DNA of 64,000 nucleotides from Heterodontus francisci (taxonomy: Eukaryota): contig NC_090404.1 of assembly GCF_036365525.1 (NCBI RefSeq), positions 37,133,497 to 37,197,496 of the forward strand, written 5' to 3'. This document shows positions 51,222 through 63,685 of the stretch, one piece after another. The notes under the pieces were generated by a model. The model had not been told where the DNA came from, made no database searches, and was given only the letters and a program-made list of their open reading frames with translations. A program made the translations under genes and the position numbers. Numbering within the stretch: position 1 is the first letter of the stretch; each line of letters starts with the position of its first letter.

Positions 51222-51492
51222 GTTTGCGCTTTGCAGTAATAGGTGACACTGTCTTCAACTGTCAGGTCCTTGATTTGCAGAGAAAATGACTTTGCTCCCT
51301 TGTTGACTGATTCAACATATCGTCTGCCAATCGTTATGCGTTCCCAATCTGTTGAACCCGGATTATTCCGGAACCAAGATGTGCCGTACAAACCACAGCT
51401 AGTATCAGTGAGGATGCAGTTAATGGTCAGGGATTCGCCTGTCTCTCTCGTTGCCGTTCTTGGTGTTTGGTTCACGCTTGCAGTGAAGGCAT
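51222..51492 (-). CDS. IgNAR: IgNAR V segment (VNAR), type II-like with CDR1 cysteine
   Basis: Acceptor ttctccattcag|; translates (N)AFTASVNQTPRTATRETGESLTINCILTDTSCGLYGTSWFRNNPGSTDWERITIGRRYVESVNKGAKSFSLQIKDLTVEDSVTYYCKAQ; lacks CDR2 as in VNARs; followed by RSS. Confidence 0.97.
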
Positions 51493-51632
51493 CTGAATGG
51501 AGAAAAATATATTTAGTACATCGCTTGTCTGAAACAATACAAGAGTTTAAAGGTAAGACAATTTCCACAATGTCACACAGCCACGCAGTTTTATGCAATT
51601 AACATGTAATCTCTTCAATAAACAGCACTTAC

Positions 51633-51675
51633 TTGGTAACCAGGTTAAAAGGACCGAAACCCAAACAATATTCAT
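51633..51675 (-). CDS. IgNAR: IgNAR leader exon (MNIVWVSVLLTWLP + 1 nt)
   Basis: ATG at 51675, hydrophobic signal peptide similar to known IgNAR leaders, phase-1 donor A|GTAAGT. Confidence 0.93.
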
Positions 51676-51768
51676 GGTTTGTTCACCAGCAGGGAACAAT
51701 TTAAACAATGTGAGCTCCAGACCTCAGCACTGACTGTTCTGTGTAACGGTGTGTGTCTGATCACCGAG

Positions 51769-51776
51769 CTTATAAA
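51769..51776 (-). promoter_or_regulatory. TATA-like box (TTTATAAG) of IgNAR promoter
   Basis: Lies between the octamer and the leader ATG. Confidence 0.6.
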
Positions 51777-51794
51777 CCTGGGGAGACTAGGCTG

Positions 51795-51802
51795 ATTTGC
51801 AT
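51795..51802 (-). promoter_or_regulatory. Immunoglobulin octamer (ATGCAAAT on gene strand) in IgNAR promoter
   Basis: ATTTGCAT on + strand, about 120 nt upstream of the leader ATG and about 20 nt upstream of a TATA-like box. Confidence 0.8.
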
Positions 51803-52239
51803 AGGGCGGCTTGAGAGACCATGAGCAGTGAGTATAACTCACCATGGGCTGTTGCATTTTGTTTCCCACATCCGTAGTCACACTGGAAAATCTGCATCCA
51901 ATTAACAGGAACAGTTCAGTAGAGTTATACAGAACAGACTTCACGTTAGCTGTGTTGGGTTTGTTTGCATTCAAGTTGATCGCATTACTATCCTTACTCA
52001 GTTTCAAGAAATGGTGATATGTTAATACTATAATAGTAACAGCATCCGTGCATGTATATCAGCTTGACACAGCGAATGCAGTAAAAAGCGTTCTTTCAAA
52101 TAATTACGACTGAAAACTCTAATTCCTTTACTGTGGCAAATGGAGCCGCGACCCCACGGTAACCATGAGCCCCAAGTTTGGCATCCGCTGCATTAATAGA
52201 AACATACCTGCAGCTTTGATTTGTGTTGTCATCTCTCGA

Positions 52240-54165
52240 CATTTCATAACATAGTTTGCACTGTATGTAGATTTTAAGAAAGTCTTTGAAAAGTTACTGC
52301 AGCTGACGTTACGTAAAGATTAAAAAGTTTAGAATTGAGAGGAGAGTAAACTGGATTGAAAGAGACTAGAAGAGAGAAAACAGAGAACTCATTATGTTAA
52401 CAGTGGTTTGAAGTGGGCAGTGGTATCCCACAGGATTCATGTTCTCGGAACACTTACATCAATGATTTAGATCAAGGCCGAAAGAGAGTGTTAAGAAATT
52501 TAAATATAATGCCTAAATAATTATTTAGAAGAACAAAGGGATAGTGATAAAATGGTGAATGGGCTGAAAAGTAGCAAATTGAAGTCAATATCAGTAAATA
52601 TGAGTTGATGCATTTTTGTAAAATAAAACAGTAATTATCTTCTGAATTGAAGTAAGCTTGGTGTTGTGGAATGGCAGAGTGATTTCAGGATAAAGGTTTA
52701 GAGGAAATTAAAGGAAGCACCTCAGGTTACTAAGGCTCTAAAATGCTAATGTGACTCCACGTTTTATCATTAGTGGTACAGACAGAGAAAACAAGAGATA
52801 ATGATGAACCTATATAAAATCTTCATATACTTCAATTCGAGTATTATGTGCAGTATTCTGATGCACCGTATATTATGGATAATGAGGTTTCAAAGTTGTA
52901 CTGGGATGTTGCCTGATATGAGGAAATGCAAATACTTGAAAATGGAGCCTTTTTTGTTTGAACAACTTCGAATATGCGTCCATATAATAGACATGATTAA
53001 AATTAGGAAGAAATGGGATAGGGGAGATGTGACAGGTTACATAGAAGCAGACTGATTTCAGTCGCTGAGGAATCTAGAAACAGGAGATTATATGTTAGGG
53101 ATTTCAAACTGAGGGCAGAAGAGACTTCTTCACACAGAGGGTTGTCATGCTGTGTAATTCACTTCCTGGATTAGTGATTGAAGCAGATACTATGTCAACA
53201 TTCACGATTAGATTGAATAACTGCATAAAGGAAAGTGGGTGAAGGGATGTGGAATTAAAGCGGGTAAATGTGATTCGAAATATTTACTTGCCCGGGGGTA
53301 AAGGACGATTCAGACTGGTTGAGCTAATGGTGTGCCCAAGGGTCAGTGCTAAGGCCACTGTTTTATTTTTGCTATCTATAAATAACTTGGATCTGGAAAT
53401 ACAAAGTAGAATATTTTTAAAATGCCGATGACACCAAACCTGGAGGAGTGGAAAACAGTGAGGATGATAACAATCAACTACACAGGACATAGCTGGGCTG
53501 TTAGAATGGGCAGATAAATGGCAGATGGAATTTAATACTGACAAGTGTGAGGTTGTGCATTTTGGCAGGAGAAATAGGATGAGACAATATCGACTTATTG
53601 GCATAGTTCTAAAGAGTTTGAAGGGAGCAGGACACATTGAGAAAGTGGTTAGTAAAGTTTGTGGGATTTTGGGCTTCATAAATACAGCTAAAGAGTACCA
53701 AAACAGGGAAGTTATGCCGAGCCATTATAAAGTTCTGCATTTGGCGACAACTGGGCTGCGAAGGTCCTTGAAAGGGTGCAGAGGAGATTTCGCAAACTGT
53801 TTCCAGGGGTGAGGAAATTCAGCGAAAAGGTGAGGTTGGAAAAACTGGGGTCGTTCTCCTTGGAGCAAAGGAGATTGAGGGGAGATTTGATAGAAGTGGA
53901 CAAGATTATGACAAGCTTACATAAGTTAGACAAGGAACAACTGTTCCCATTAATTGATGATAAAAGAACTAAAGAGCATGGAGTGAAGATTTTGGGCAAG
54001 AGTTGAAGGGAGAATCTGAGGAAAAGGCTTTTACGTAGTGAGCGATAATGACCTGGAACTCACTGCCCACGGCGGTGGTTGAAGCTGAGAAAATCAATAA
54101 CTTAAGAAGGAAATTGGATGTTCACTTGAAGGAAATAAACTTGCAGGGCCTGGGGATTGAATAGG
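52240..54165 (+). mobile_element. Two degenerate CR1 fragments upstream of the IgNAR promoter
   Basis: MEFNTDKCEVVHFG, LEKLGSFSLEQRRLRGDL motifs. Confidence 0.8.
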
Positions 54166-56779
54166 ATGTAAATTTCTCTCAAGTCTGGAAAGACCCTTGT
54201 GGACAATCTTTTCGGGAAATACCTTTACCAGTTAAAACAACAGGATACTTGATTAATAAGTCCAGAAATTCTATTGACAGTAAAATAGTACTTAATAATT
54301 GGAAGGAAAATAGTACTTAACAAACTTGGGAATATAACTTTACAGCTGTAGCAGTTGCACGGGCTGGTCGAGTTTTGTTTTAGAGTGATGCAGTCCTCTT
54401 CATTCATCTAGATCCCTCTTCAGATGGAGAACTTGGCTGATTATTTATGCCTCTATCTCCAAAGCTTTCTAGTGTTTCTGCGCAACAAAACCTTACACGA
54501 TCCCTGCTTTTAACCCCTGTGTGGTCAGCAGGTCATCTCAGAGTCAGGCTCGTGTAAAACAATAATTGGCTCTAGCTGTTGCTCGGCAAATTTAATTGTT
54601 TCTTAATGATGTCTTCTACTAACGGCCACCTGGTCTCAGAATCTCGGACATGAGTAGATTGAAATGGTTTAATACTAAGTCTGATTCTGATATTAAACAA
54701 GTTTTCTATTGATCAAAGCCTGCCAATTGAAGGCCAAGATATGCCATCCAATGTACTTTATCGGGGATCTGGAAAGGTCTATTGTTTGAATACATTTTGC
54801 TGAAACTGCTCTTTCCCACACAGAGACAGAAACTCACAGTAACGAGATTTAACACACTTTAAATAAAAACCCAGTCTTTCTAAAATGATGATTGATTCAT
54901 TAATTATAACTCAATCAATATTCATCACTTTAATAATCATTGGTTTCATGATGAGTAGCAATTTAATAATCAGTACAGGATACAAAAGTTAGCACTGAGC
55001 ACAAGGTAGCTTCTTTGGTCACGTGTTAATTACAAAATGGCTTCCCTGACCTTGTTAATCATTCCAGTGGATACAGGATAACAATGGTCAGGTTAAACTA
55101 AAATCGAACAACCCAAGCTTGTCTACAAGGGGACTAGGAATGATGGATTGATCTGCATAAAGCTGGCATGGACTCTATGGGCAGAATGGCCTCATTATGG
55201 TCGTAAATGACTCTGACTCATAGCGGAAGAGCACTCTGTGTAATACTTTGATTGTGTAAGCGAATTCCATAATTCTCCTCATTTGATGTCATAATCGAAT
55301 TTCATTACTTCGCATTGAGACTTTGGCTGTCTTTGTGTAACAGTGACATGACCTAGCAGATTATGGATCCCTGCTGCTGAAAGGGAATTATTCATCCGAC
55401 TATGTGCCTTACGATTAATGGGGCAGGTGATCTTCGTACCCGAAACGTTTTCCAGCAGCTGTTAGTTGTGTTTATCTGATCTAGCGCTCTCCAACCATCT
55501 GTTGGAGTTCATACTCCTGGTCTATCTTCATGGATAATGCACAATGACTCAGCTGCAATCGCTCTGACTGAAGCAACATGCACTACATCCTGAAAAGGAC
55601 CAAACCACGTTCCCGTTGGAAGGTATATGTGTAACTTTCCCTTGAGGGCAGAGGCGAGTTCTCTCTGAACCCTTCATGGTAGGCAAGTCTATCAGCCCTC
55701 AGTGCCTATTTTGAAAAATTACTCTGCAAATATTGGTCTCTCTGCAAAAGTCAAAAGTGCATTTTCTGCTGCTGACCTGTGCACATGCTCTTCGAATGAA
55801 AACCGTGAAATTACGCTCCTTTGCGCGTTATTTTTTCCAGAAATTAATGGGCATTAAACCACTGTCTGGAAATGCTTTGATGCACATTTGCCGATAATCT
55901 TCTCAAACAAATGTATTTGCGATTGATATTTGCTGGAATGTGGGTCCAGTGATAGAATTCACACCAAGGGAATGACCATGAAATCAAAAGCGGTGTTAAC
56001 CAGTAGGGATTGTCATTCCTAATCTTGGTCATTTACTTAACCTGGCAGCATGCAAGTGTTAATCGATCAAGGTAGAATTCACAGTGTGACAGTTATTTCC
56101 CATTTGATTATTACTGATATTAACTCAGTCTGATTTCCGATGTCTGATACCAAAAGCATTCATTCTGCATGACATCACCGCCTGATATTAGTGTTAATGA
56201 AGTTGGTGAATTAGCATTTCGAGCATTTGGAAGCATTTCCACTTTTGCTGATTTAATTCAGACATTATTTAATTTATTTTACTCTTGTGAGTATTCCAAT
56301 TAAGAAATGGAAAGAGGAATGTCACTGCGACGCATTTCCTATGCTCCTATCTTCAATACTAGTGCAAATTATTAACCATCTGTTAGCGTGGGAGTGCAAC
56401 ATCAAAGGTCGGGTTTGCCCCCGGCTATTTATAGACTGAGATTCTCATATAACTTTCAGGAAGTAAAACTAGGAGATGGGTCAATGAGTGCATTTATACG
56501 ACAGGTAGCAGTGTCATACTACCTCGGGTGGGCTGATGTTGAGCTGGCTGAGTCAGAGACATTGCCACCTGCACCTTTGCTCAAAGATCAGGGGCAAAGC
56601 AACATTGCGTGAGCTCCATTCTCTGCACAGATACTTTGCAATGTTAGGCTAAAGAGGATGGGTGTTCCACATTTAAAGCAGTTGTCGTTAAAACCTGGCT
56701 TTGCATTGGGCTGTAGTTATATATTACCCGGAGCTGCTGGTTGGAGCTGGTTTTACAACCCTTTAGTGTATTTCAATCT

Positions 56780-58180
56780 CACCAGCTGCAAACAGATTCC
56801 CGTCCATTAGATTTGTAAAAGGCAGATCGTACTTTACTAATCTAATTGTATATTTTGATGAAGTAACTGAGAAGGTTAATGAAGGAAAAGCAATGCATAT
56901 TGTCTACATGGGGATTTTAAGAAAGCCTTTTATAAATTACCACATAAAAGGCTGGTTACCAAAACTAAGGCTCATGGAATAGAAGGGTCAGTGTCAGCTT
57001 GAATCAAAAATTGCCTCAAGGACAGAAAAAATCGAGTTGTGGATGGTGGGCCGTGGTGTTCTCCAAGGTTCAGTGCCAGCAGCACTGTTTTTTATATACG
57101 TAAATGGCTTGGGTATTAGAATACAGAGTAAAACTTTCTAAATTTGCTGATGCTACGAAACATGGAGGTGTGACAGACAATGAACATGATGACAATCAAC
57201 TGCAACAGAACATCAATAGGCGAGCAGATTGGACAGACAAGTGGCAGATGGAATTTAATACAGAGATGTGATGTGATGCATTTTGGAAAAAAGGCATAGG
57301 AGAGGTAATATGACTAAATGGCACAGACTTCACTAGTGGGCAGTGACATGGGGGTACAGGTGTATCGATCTTTGAAGGTGGTAGGATGTATTGAGAGGGT
57401 GATTAGTAAAGCCAATGGGATTTAGAGTTTCATAAATAGAGACATTGAGTATAAAAGCATGGTGATTATGTTGAACTTTTATAAACATCTGGCTAGGCCA
57501 CAACGAGAGAATTGCATCCAGTTCTGGTCACCACACTTTCGGAAGGATGTTCGAGTCATTGAGATGGTGCAGATGAGATATATCAGAATAGTTTCAGGGA
57601 AGAGGGAACTTAACGACAAGGTTAGGTTGATGAAGTGGGAGGCAGTGTAGTGGTAATGTCATTGGACTATTAGCCAGAGGCCCAGTTTAATGCTCTGGGG
57701 TCATGAGTTCAATTCCCACCATGGCAAATGGTGAGATTTGAATTCAATTAATAAAAAAATCTGGAATTAAAAAAGTAACTAGTCTAATGGTGACCATGAA
57801 ACCATTGTCGATTGTTGCAAAAGACCATCTGGTTCACTAACGTCCATTAGGGAAGGAAATCTGCCATCCTTATCCGGTTTGGCCTACATGTGACTCTAGA
57901 CACACAGCAATGTGATTGACTCTTAAAATGCCCTCTGAAATGGCCCAGCAAGCCACTCAGTTTCTCAAGGGCAAATAGGGATGGGCAATAAATGTTGGTC
58001 TAACCCGCGATGCTCACATCCCGTGAATGAATTTAAAAAAAAGCTGGAGTTGTGCTCATTGGAGCAAAGGAGATTGATAGGAGATCTGACAGCGGAGGAT
58101 AAGATTTTTATCGGTTTGGATAGTGCAGAAAGAGAAAAGCTATTCCCATATCTGATGGCACAAGGAGTAGAGGACACAGA
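56780..58180 (+). mobile_element. Degenerate CR1 interrupted by a SINE
   Basis: RPQRENCIQFWSPH, LEQRRLIGDL motifs on either side of the SINE. Confidence 0.75.
57638..58040 (+). mobile_element. tRNA-derived SINE with a LINE-derived tail
   Basis: A/B-box-like head (agtgtagtggtaatg, gagttcaattccc); 3' ~75 nt match the LINE tail at 58185-58260. Confidence 0.75.
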
Positions 58181-58184
58181 TTTT

Positions 58185-59150
58185 TTTTTTACTTGTCTCA
58201 TGGGATGTTGGCATTGCTGGCAAGGCCAGCATTTATTGACCATCCCTTATTTCCTTTGAGAGGTGATGGTGAGCCGCATTCTTGAATTGCTGCTGTTCAT
58301 CTGGTGCAAGTACACCCACCGTGCTGTTAGGGAGGGATTTCCAGGATTTTGAACCAGTAACAGAGAAAGAACAGCGTAATATTTCCAAGTCAGAATGGTG
58401 CGTGGCTTGGAGAGGAACTTGCAGGTGGTGGTGCTCCCACACGTCTGCTGTCCTTGTCGTTCTAGTTTGTAGAGGTCGTGGGTTTGGAAGGTGCTGTCGA
58501 AGGAGACTTGGTGAGTTGCTGCAGTGCCTCTTGTATATAGTCCACACTGCTGTTACTGTACGTTGATGGTGGAGTGAGTAAATGTTGAAAGTGGTTGATG
58601 GGGTGCTGATCAAGCAGACTGCTTCGTCCTGGATGGTGTTGAGCTTCCTGAGTGTTGTTGGAAATGCACGCATCCAAGCAAATGGAGATTATTCCATCAC
58701 ACTCTAATATTTGTCAGTTCCAAAGAAGGGTCACTGACCCGAAACGTTAACTCTGCTTCTCTTTCCACAGATGCTGCCAGACCTGCTGAGTGAATCCAGC
58801 ATTTCTTGTTTTTGTTTCAGATTTCCAGCATCCGCAGTATTTTGCTTTTATTATTATTCCATCACACTCCTGACTTGTGCCTTTTCGATATTGGACAGGC
58901 TTTGGGGAGTCAGGAGGTGGGTTACATGTCGCAGAATTCCCAGCCTCTGACCTTCTCTTGTAGCCACAGTATGTATGTGGCTGGTCTAGATCAGTTTGTG
59001 TTCTATGGTAACCCCAGGATGTTGATACTGGAGGATTCAACGATGGAAATGTTGTTGGATATGAAGTAGAGATGGTTTGATTCTCTCGTATTGTAGATCA
59101 TCATTGCCTGGCATTTGTGTGTCGTGAATATTACTTACTATTCCTATTCA
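58185..59150 (-). mobile_element. Non-CR1 LINE 3' fragment, interrupted by a Penelope tail
   Basis: ORF KLNTIQDEAVCLI..SLHHQRTV..IYKRHC; A-rich end. Confidence 0.75.
58705..58852 (+). mobile_element. 148-bp Penelope 3'-end insertion with 17-bp TSD
   Basis: TSD ATTATTCCATCACACTC at 58688-58704 and 58853-58869; body near-identical to 4505-4653. Confidence 0.9.
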
Positions 59151-62100
59151 AAGGGAAAGGTTGCACCACAACAGGACTGGGACCTACATCCTCACGGGGA
59201 GATTCATTCGTGTCATTGGCGAGGGTTTAAACTGGATTGGCAGGGGAATGGGCACCAAAATAAAGTAACAGAAAAGAAGACTAAGGTGCATATTGTGAGA
59301 GTGTTAGACAGTAGTAGGGAAGAGTATCGTTCTGTATTAGATGGGAGCAGAATGAAAAGTACGATGAAGAATGCAATGACAGGATTACAATGCACAAAGT
59401 GTGGTGAATAAGGTTGGTGAGCTACAAGCTGTACTGGGGGTATGTTGTAGTGACAATAATGGAAAGATGACTGAAAATGGCGCTTAATATACAAGGATAT
59501 CAAGTGTTTATAACTGACTACCAGCTGTTGTCTTTTCTCATGTATATTGATAAGATCTAATCTATTCATAGCCTGATGTATGTGACGGGGTGATGTGGGG
59601 GATGGGGGTACCAAATCTTATATCCTCAATATTTGAAACCACGTTATCTACCAGGTCCTGAGCCAACATGTCACAGGCCCTTCCTTTTGAGTTCACAAAT
59701 AAATGGAGGCAGATTAGTCCATCCTGCCATGATGTTCACTACGGTGTTGGACTCCCTCGAGTTGCTCCCTCCTTTCAGTAGTTTTGAGTACTGTCCTGAA
59801 TGCAGGCAAGTGCTTCTGTGAATATTTACGGTGGGTGCCTCCCATGTTGCCGCTGTTACCAGGAGGATGATCAGCTTTACTGCTACCCACCGGGCTGCCA
59901 TTGCTCTGGCGGTTTACCTGAAACAAAATAATTAAGAGATCTGCTGCTGACCCTCCTGTTGGCAGAAACAGAATGTCAGTCATGTGGTTTGACTTGAGAC
60001 CCTGGGAGTGGTGTCATCCTGTGCGGCATTCCTGGAAAATAAAATATCAATCCCATCACTTTAAGCATTTTCTGTTCAGGATATACCTGTACCAAAGCTC
60101 TGAGCTGACACACAGTGATGTTGTTTTCATACGTAGTCCAAGCAGAAACCACCAAGACAGTGTGTGTGGTTTTATTTTTTTCCTAGAATCTCTTTAAATT
60201 TCAGGTTAGAATACCAACTCAAATTAATGTAATTTAATTCATCATCTTCAATTCATTGTAGATATCTAATCAAATTCCTGAAGCTGTCAGCAATGCTGTT
60301 GCAATAGATTTTGAAAGTTGTATGGTCAGCTTAAACTGCTGGTGGAAAGGGTTAACTTTCTGCTGGTCTGAAAGGGGGTGGGGCGAATGTTCTGGGATGG
60401 ACCAGTGATGATGTCACCACCCCTTTACCGACGAAGACAGAACAAACCATGAGCGATGGAATAGTCTAAGCTCATACTTTTCAGACAAATAAGACATTTC
60501 CCAATTACCAGTATCCGACATTAAACATTACCCTGTTCTCACATGCGCGAATTTATATCTGAATTAAAATTCCCACATTTATCAAAATACAGTCAGGATG
60601 TGATTCTTAGCCATAAATCTCAAATCGAATCTTATAACGTAAAACATTTGGTTTGTTGACACCTTCCTTTTATCCAACTCATATTCCTCATTGTGACATC
60701 CTTCTTTGAAAAAAATGTGCTGACACCCCTTTTGCGCAAGCACCCTTTAGGGAAGAAATCATATTAAGACTTCTACACATACATTATCCACACAATTTGT
60801 GTAATACTCATACATCTTAACTTAAGATGAAAGAAATAAAAGAAAGGAAATAAATTGCATCAGTAGTCTTGGTCCTTCATTTAAATCTGCTAAACTTCAA
60901 ACAGCGGCCTCTCACAGGCATGGGGGAAGGAAAGGGTGGTCGACGTTTCAACCACAGGAAAAATCGAATTGACAGTTCCGAGTATCATTACCTAACGTGA
61001 AACCCCCCCCCCCACCCCCACCCCCCCCCCCCCAGTCCACCCACCTTAATGTAAACCTTCTCTCACTCAACCTGCCAAAACAAAGTGTGTACTTTAACAG
61101 CTTCTCATCAACTTTTGGAGATATCAAAACTTTAGAACATCATGTAGACCAGGCCACTGAGGGTTAATAAACCATTAGTTTGATGACACAGACAAAGCTA
61201 ACACAGGCCGACAAGGAAATCACAGTACACTAATATAATACACGAACAGAAACTTATGCACACACAAGTTTCCTTCCTTTTCATCTTTTCTGACAGCATT
61301 TTAATTTACTGTGGTGCTTCCAATTTAACTTCTCCTAACCCTTCTCTGACTCCTGTCTATGTCTGCTCAAGACAGTTCTCTGAAATGATAAAAACAACCC
61401 CAAATTATTTACTGCCAACCTTCTTAGATCATTTATCTTTCCTCATGACTGCTATGCACCATGCACCCACTCTCTTGGCCTTATGTGCTCATGACAAAGT
61501 GCACAGTTGCCTTTTCCTTTGTGTCCTTCGTCTATTTGTTTGTTCTTTATCTTAGATGACATTTTAGTTTCTTAAAAGTAACTTTCTAAATGACACTAAC
61601 ATTTTGCATCTCAGAGTTATTCCAAAGTCAAATAACAGTGTTGCTTGGGTGACAAGTTTTTCTTCATTCCATTGATTTCTTCCCAAAAATATTTCTCTAT
61701 ATGCAGAGAAACTGACTAGAATTGTTTTTCATGTTTTTTTTTTTTAGTTTGTCTTAATTTGATTTTCCCATTAAACTTCAAAACATCTCCATCAGGGAAG
61801 ACAGTGTTTTAGATTAAACTCCAATTGTTTCCCAACTTTTAACATTTTGTAAGAGGCTCCTACCTCATGGAATTTTTAATGCAACAAAAATGATTCCAAA
61901 TTCCAATTCACAGCACTAAACAATTTAAAGTCAAAACTGCCAATGTTATTTATGAGCGAGCTTTATCTCTGGAAGGTCATTAATGAAATTCCAGTCTTCC
62001 CAACATAACAGGTCCATTAACCTTCATAATTACAATTTAATTCAAACCAATGCTCATTAACTACACATAAACTACGTGCTCTTTTAAAATTTCACATTCT

Positions 62101-62295
62101 TAAAACAAAAGATTTAACACCAGCTACTTAAACAAACTTTAAACAGACAGAATCTTTCCCATATCTCCTTTGTTTATCCTTCTGTCCCTTAAACCAATAT
62201 CCAGTTCATGACATTTGTTACTTTAAAACAGTCACGAAGACATGCCTTTAATTTAAATTGCAAAATAAAACAAGAACCGATTTTAAACTTTCGCC

Positions 62296-63685
62296 CATAG
62301 AGTCATACATTCATAGAGTTATACAGCACAGAGTCAGGCCCTTCGGCCCATCGTGTCCGTGCTGGCCATCAAGCGCCAAACTATTCTAATCCCATTTTCC
62401 AGCACTTGGCCCGTATCCTCTCATGCTATAGCGTTTCACGTGCTCATCTAAATACTTCTTAATGGTTGTGAGGATTCTTGCCTCTACCACCTCTTCAGGC
62501 AGTGCTTTCGAGATTCCAACCACCCTCTGGGTGAGCATTGTTTTCCTCAAATCCCCTCTAAACCTCCTGCCCCTGACTTTAAATCTATGCCCCCTGGTTA
62601 TTGGCCCATCCACTAAGGGAAGAAGTTCCTTCCTATCTAACATATCAATGCCCCTCATAATTTTGTATCCCTCAATCCTGTCCCCCCTCAACCTTCTCTG
62701 CTCTCAGGAAAACAACCCTAGCCTTTTCAGTCTCTCTTCATAGCTGAAATGCTCCAGCCCAGGCAACATCCTGGTGAACCTCCTCTTCACCCTCTCCAGT
62801 GCAATCACATCCTTTCTACAGCGTAGTGCCCAAAACTGTACACAATACTCCAGCTGTGGCCTAACTATTGTTTCATACAGCTCCATCATAACCTCCCTGC
62901 TCTTATATTTTATGCCTCGGCTGATAAAGGCAAGTATCCCATATGCCTTCCTAACCATCTTATCTACCTGTGCTGCTGCCTTCAGTGATCTTTGGACAAT
63001 TACGCCAAGCTCCCTCTGACCTTCTGTACTTCCGAGGGTCTTACCATCCATTGTATATTCCCTTGCCTTGTTAGTCCTCCCAAAATGCATCAGCTCACAT
63101 TTCTCAGGATTAAATTCCATTTGCCACTGCTCCTGCCATCTTAGCAGCCCATCTATATCGTCCTGTAATCTAAGGCTTTCCTTCTCACTATTTACGACAC
63201 CACCAATTTTCGTGTCATCTGCGAACTTACTTATCATGCCTCTTATATTCACGTCTAAATCATTAATGTACACTACAAACAGCAAAGGTCCCAACACCGA
63301 TCCCTTTGGTACACCACTGGTCACAGGCTTTCACTCACAAAAACACCCTTCGACCATCACCCTCTGCCTCCTGCCACTCAGCTAATTTTTGATCCACTTT
63401 GCGAAATTGCCCTGGATCCCATGGGTTGTTACATTCTTAACCAATCTCCCATGTGGATCTCATCAAAAACCTTACTGCAGTCCATGTAGACTACATCAAC
63501 TGCTTTACTCTCATCTACACATCTAGCCACCGCCTCAAAAAAATCAGTCAAGTTGGTTGGACACGATCGCCCCCTGACAAAGTCATACTGTCTATCCCTG
63601 ATTAATCTCTACCTCTCCAAGTGGAGATTAAGCCTGTCCCTCAGAATTTTGTTCCAATATTTTCTCAATCACAGATGTTAGATCC
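62296..63685 (-). mobile_element. CR1 LINE 3' half
   Basis: 206-aa [33 protein letters not shown]; CR1 tail at left end. Confidence 0.9.

Noticed and set aside
51125-51598. Single-exon 157-aa gene as listed in the ORF track
   Set aside because: N-terminus is intron read-through and C-terminus runs through the RSS; true exon is 51222-51492
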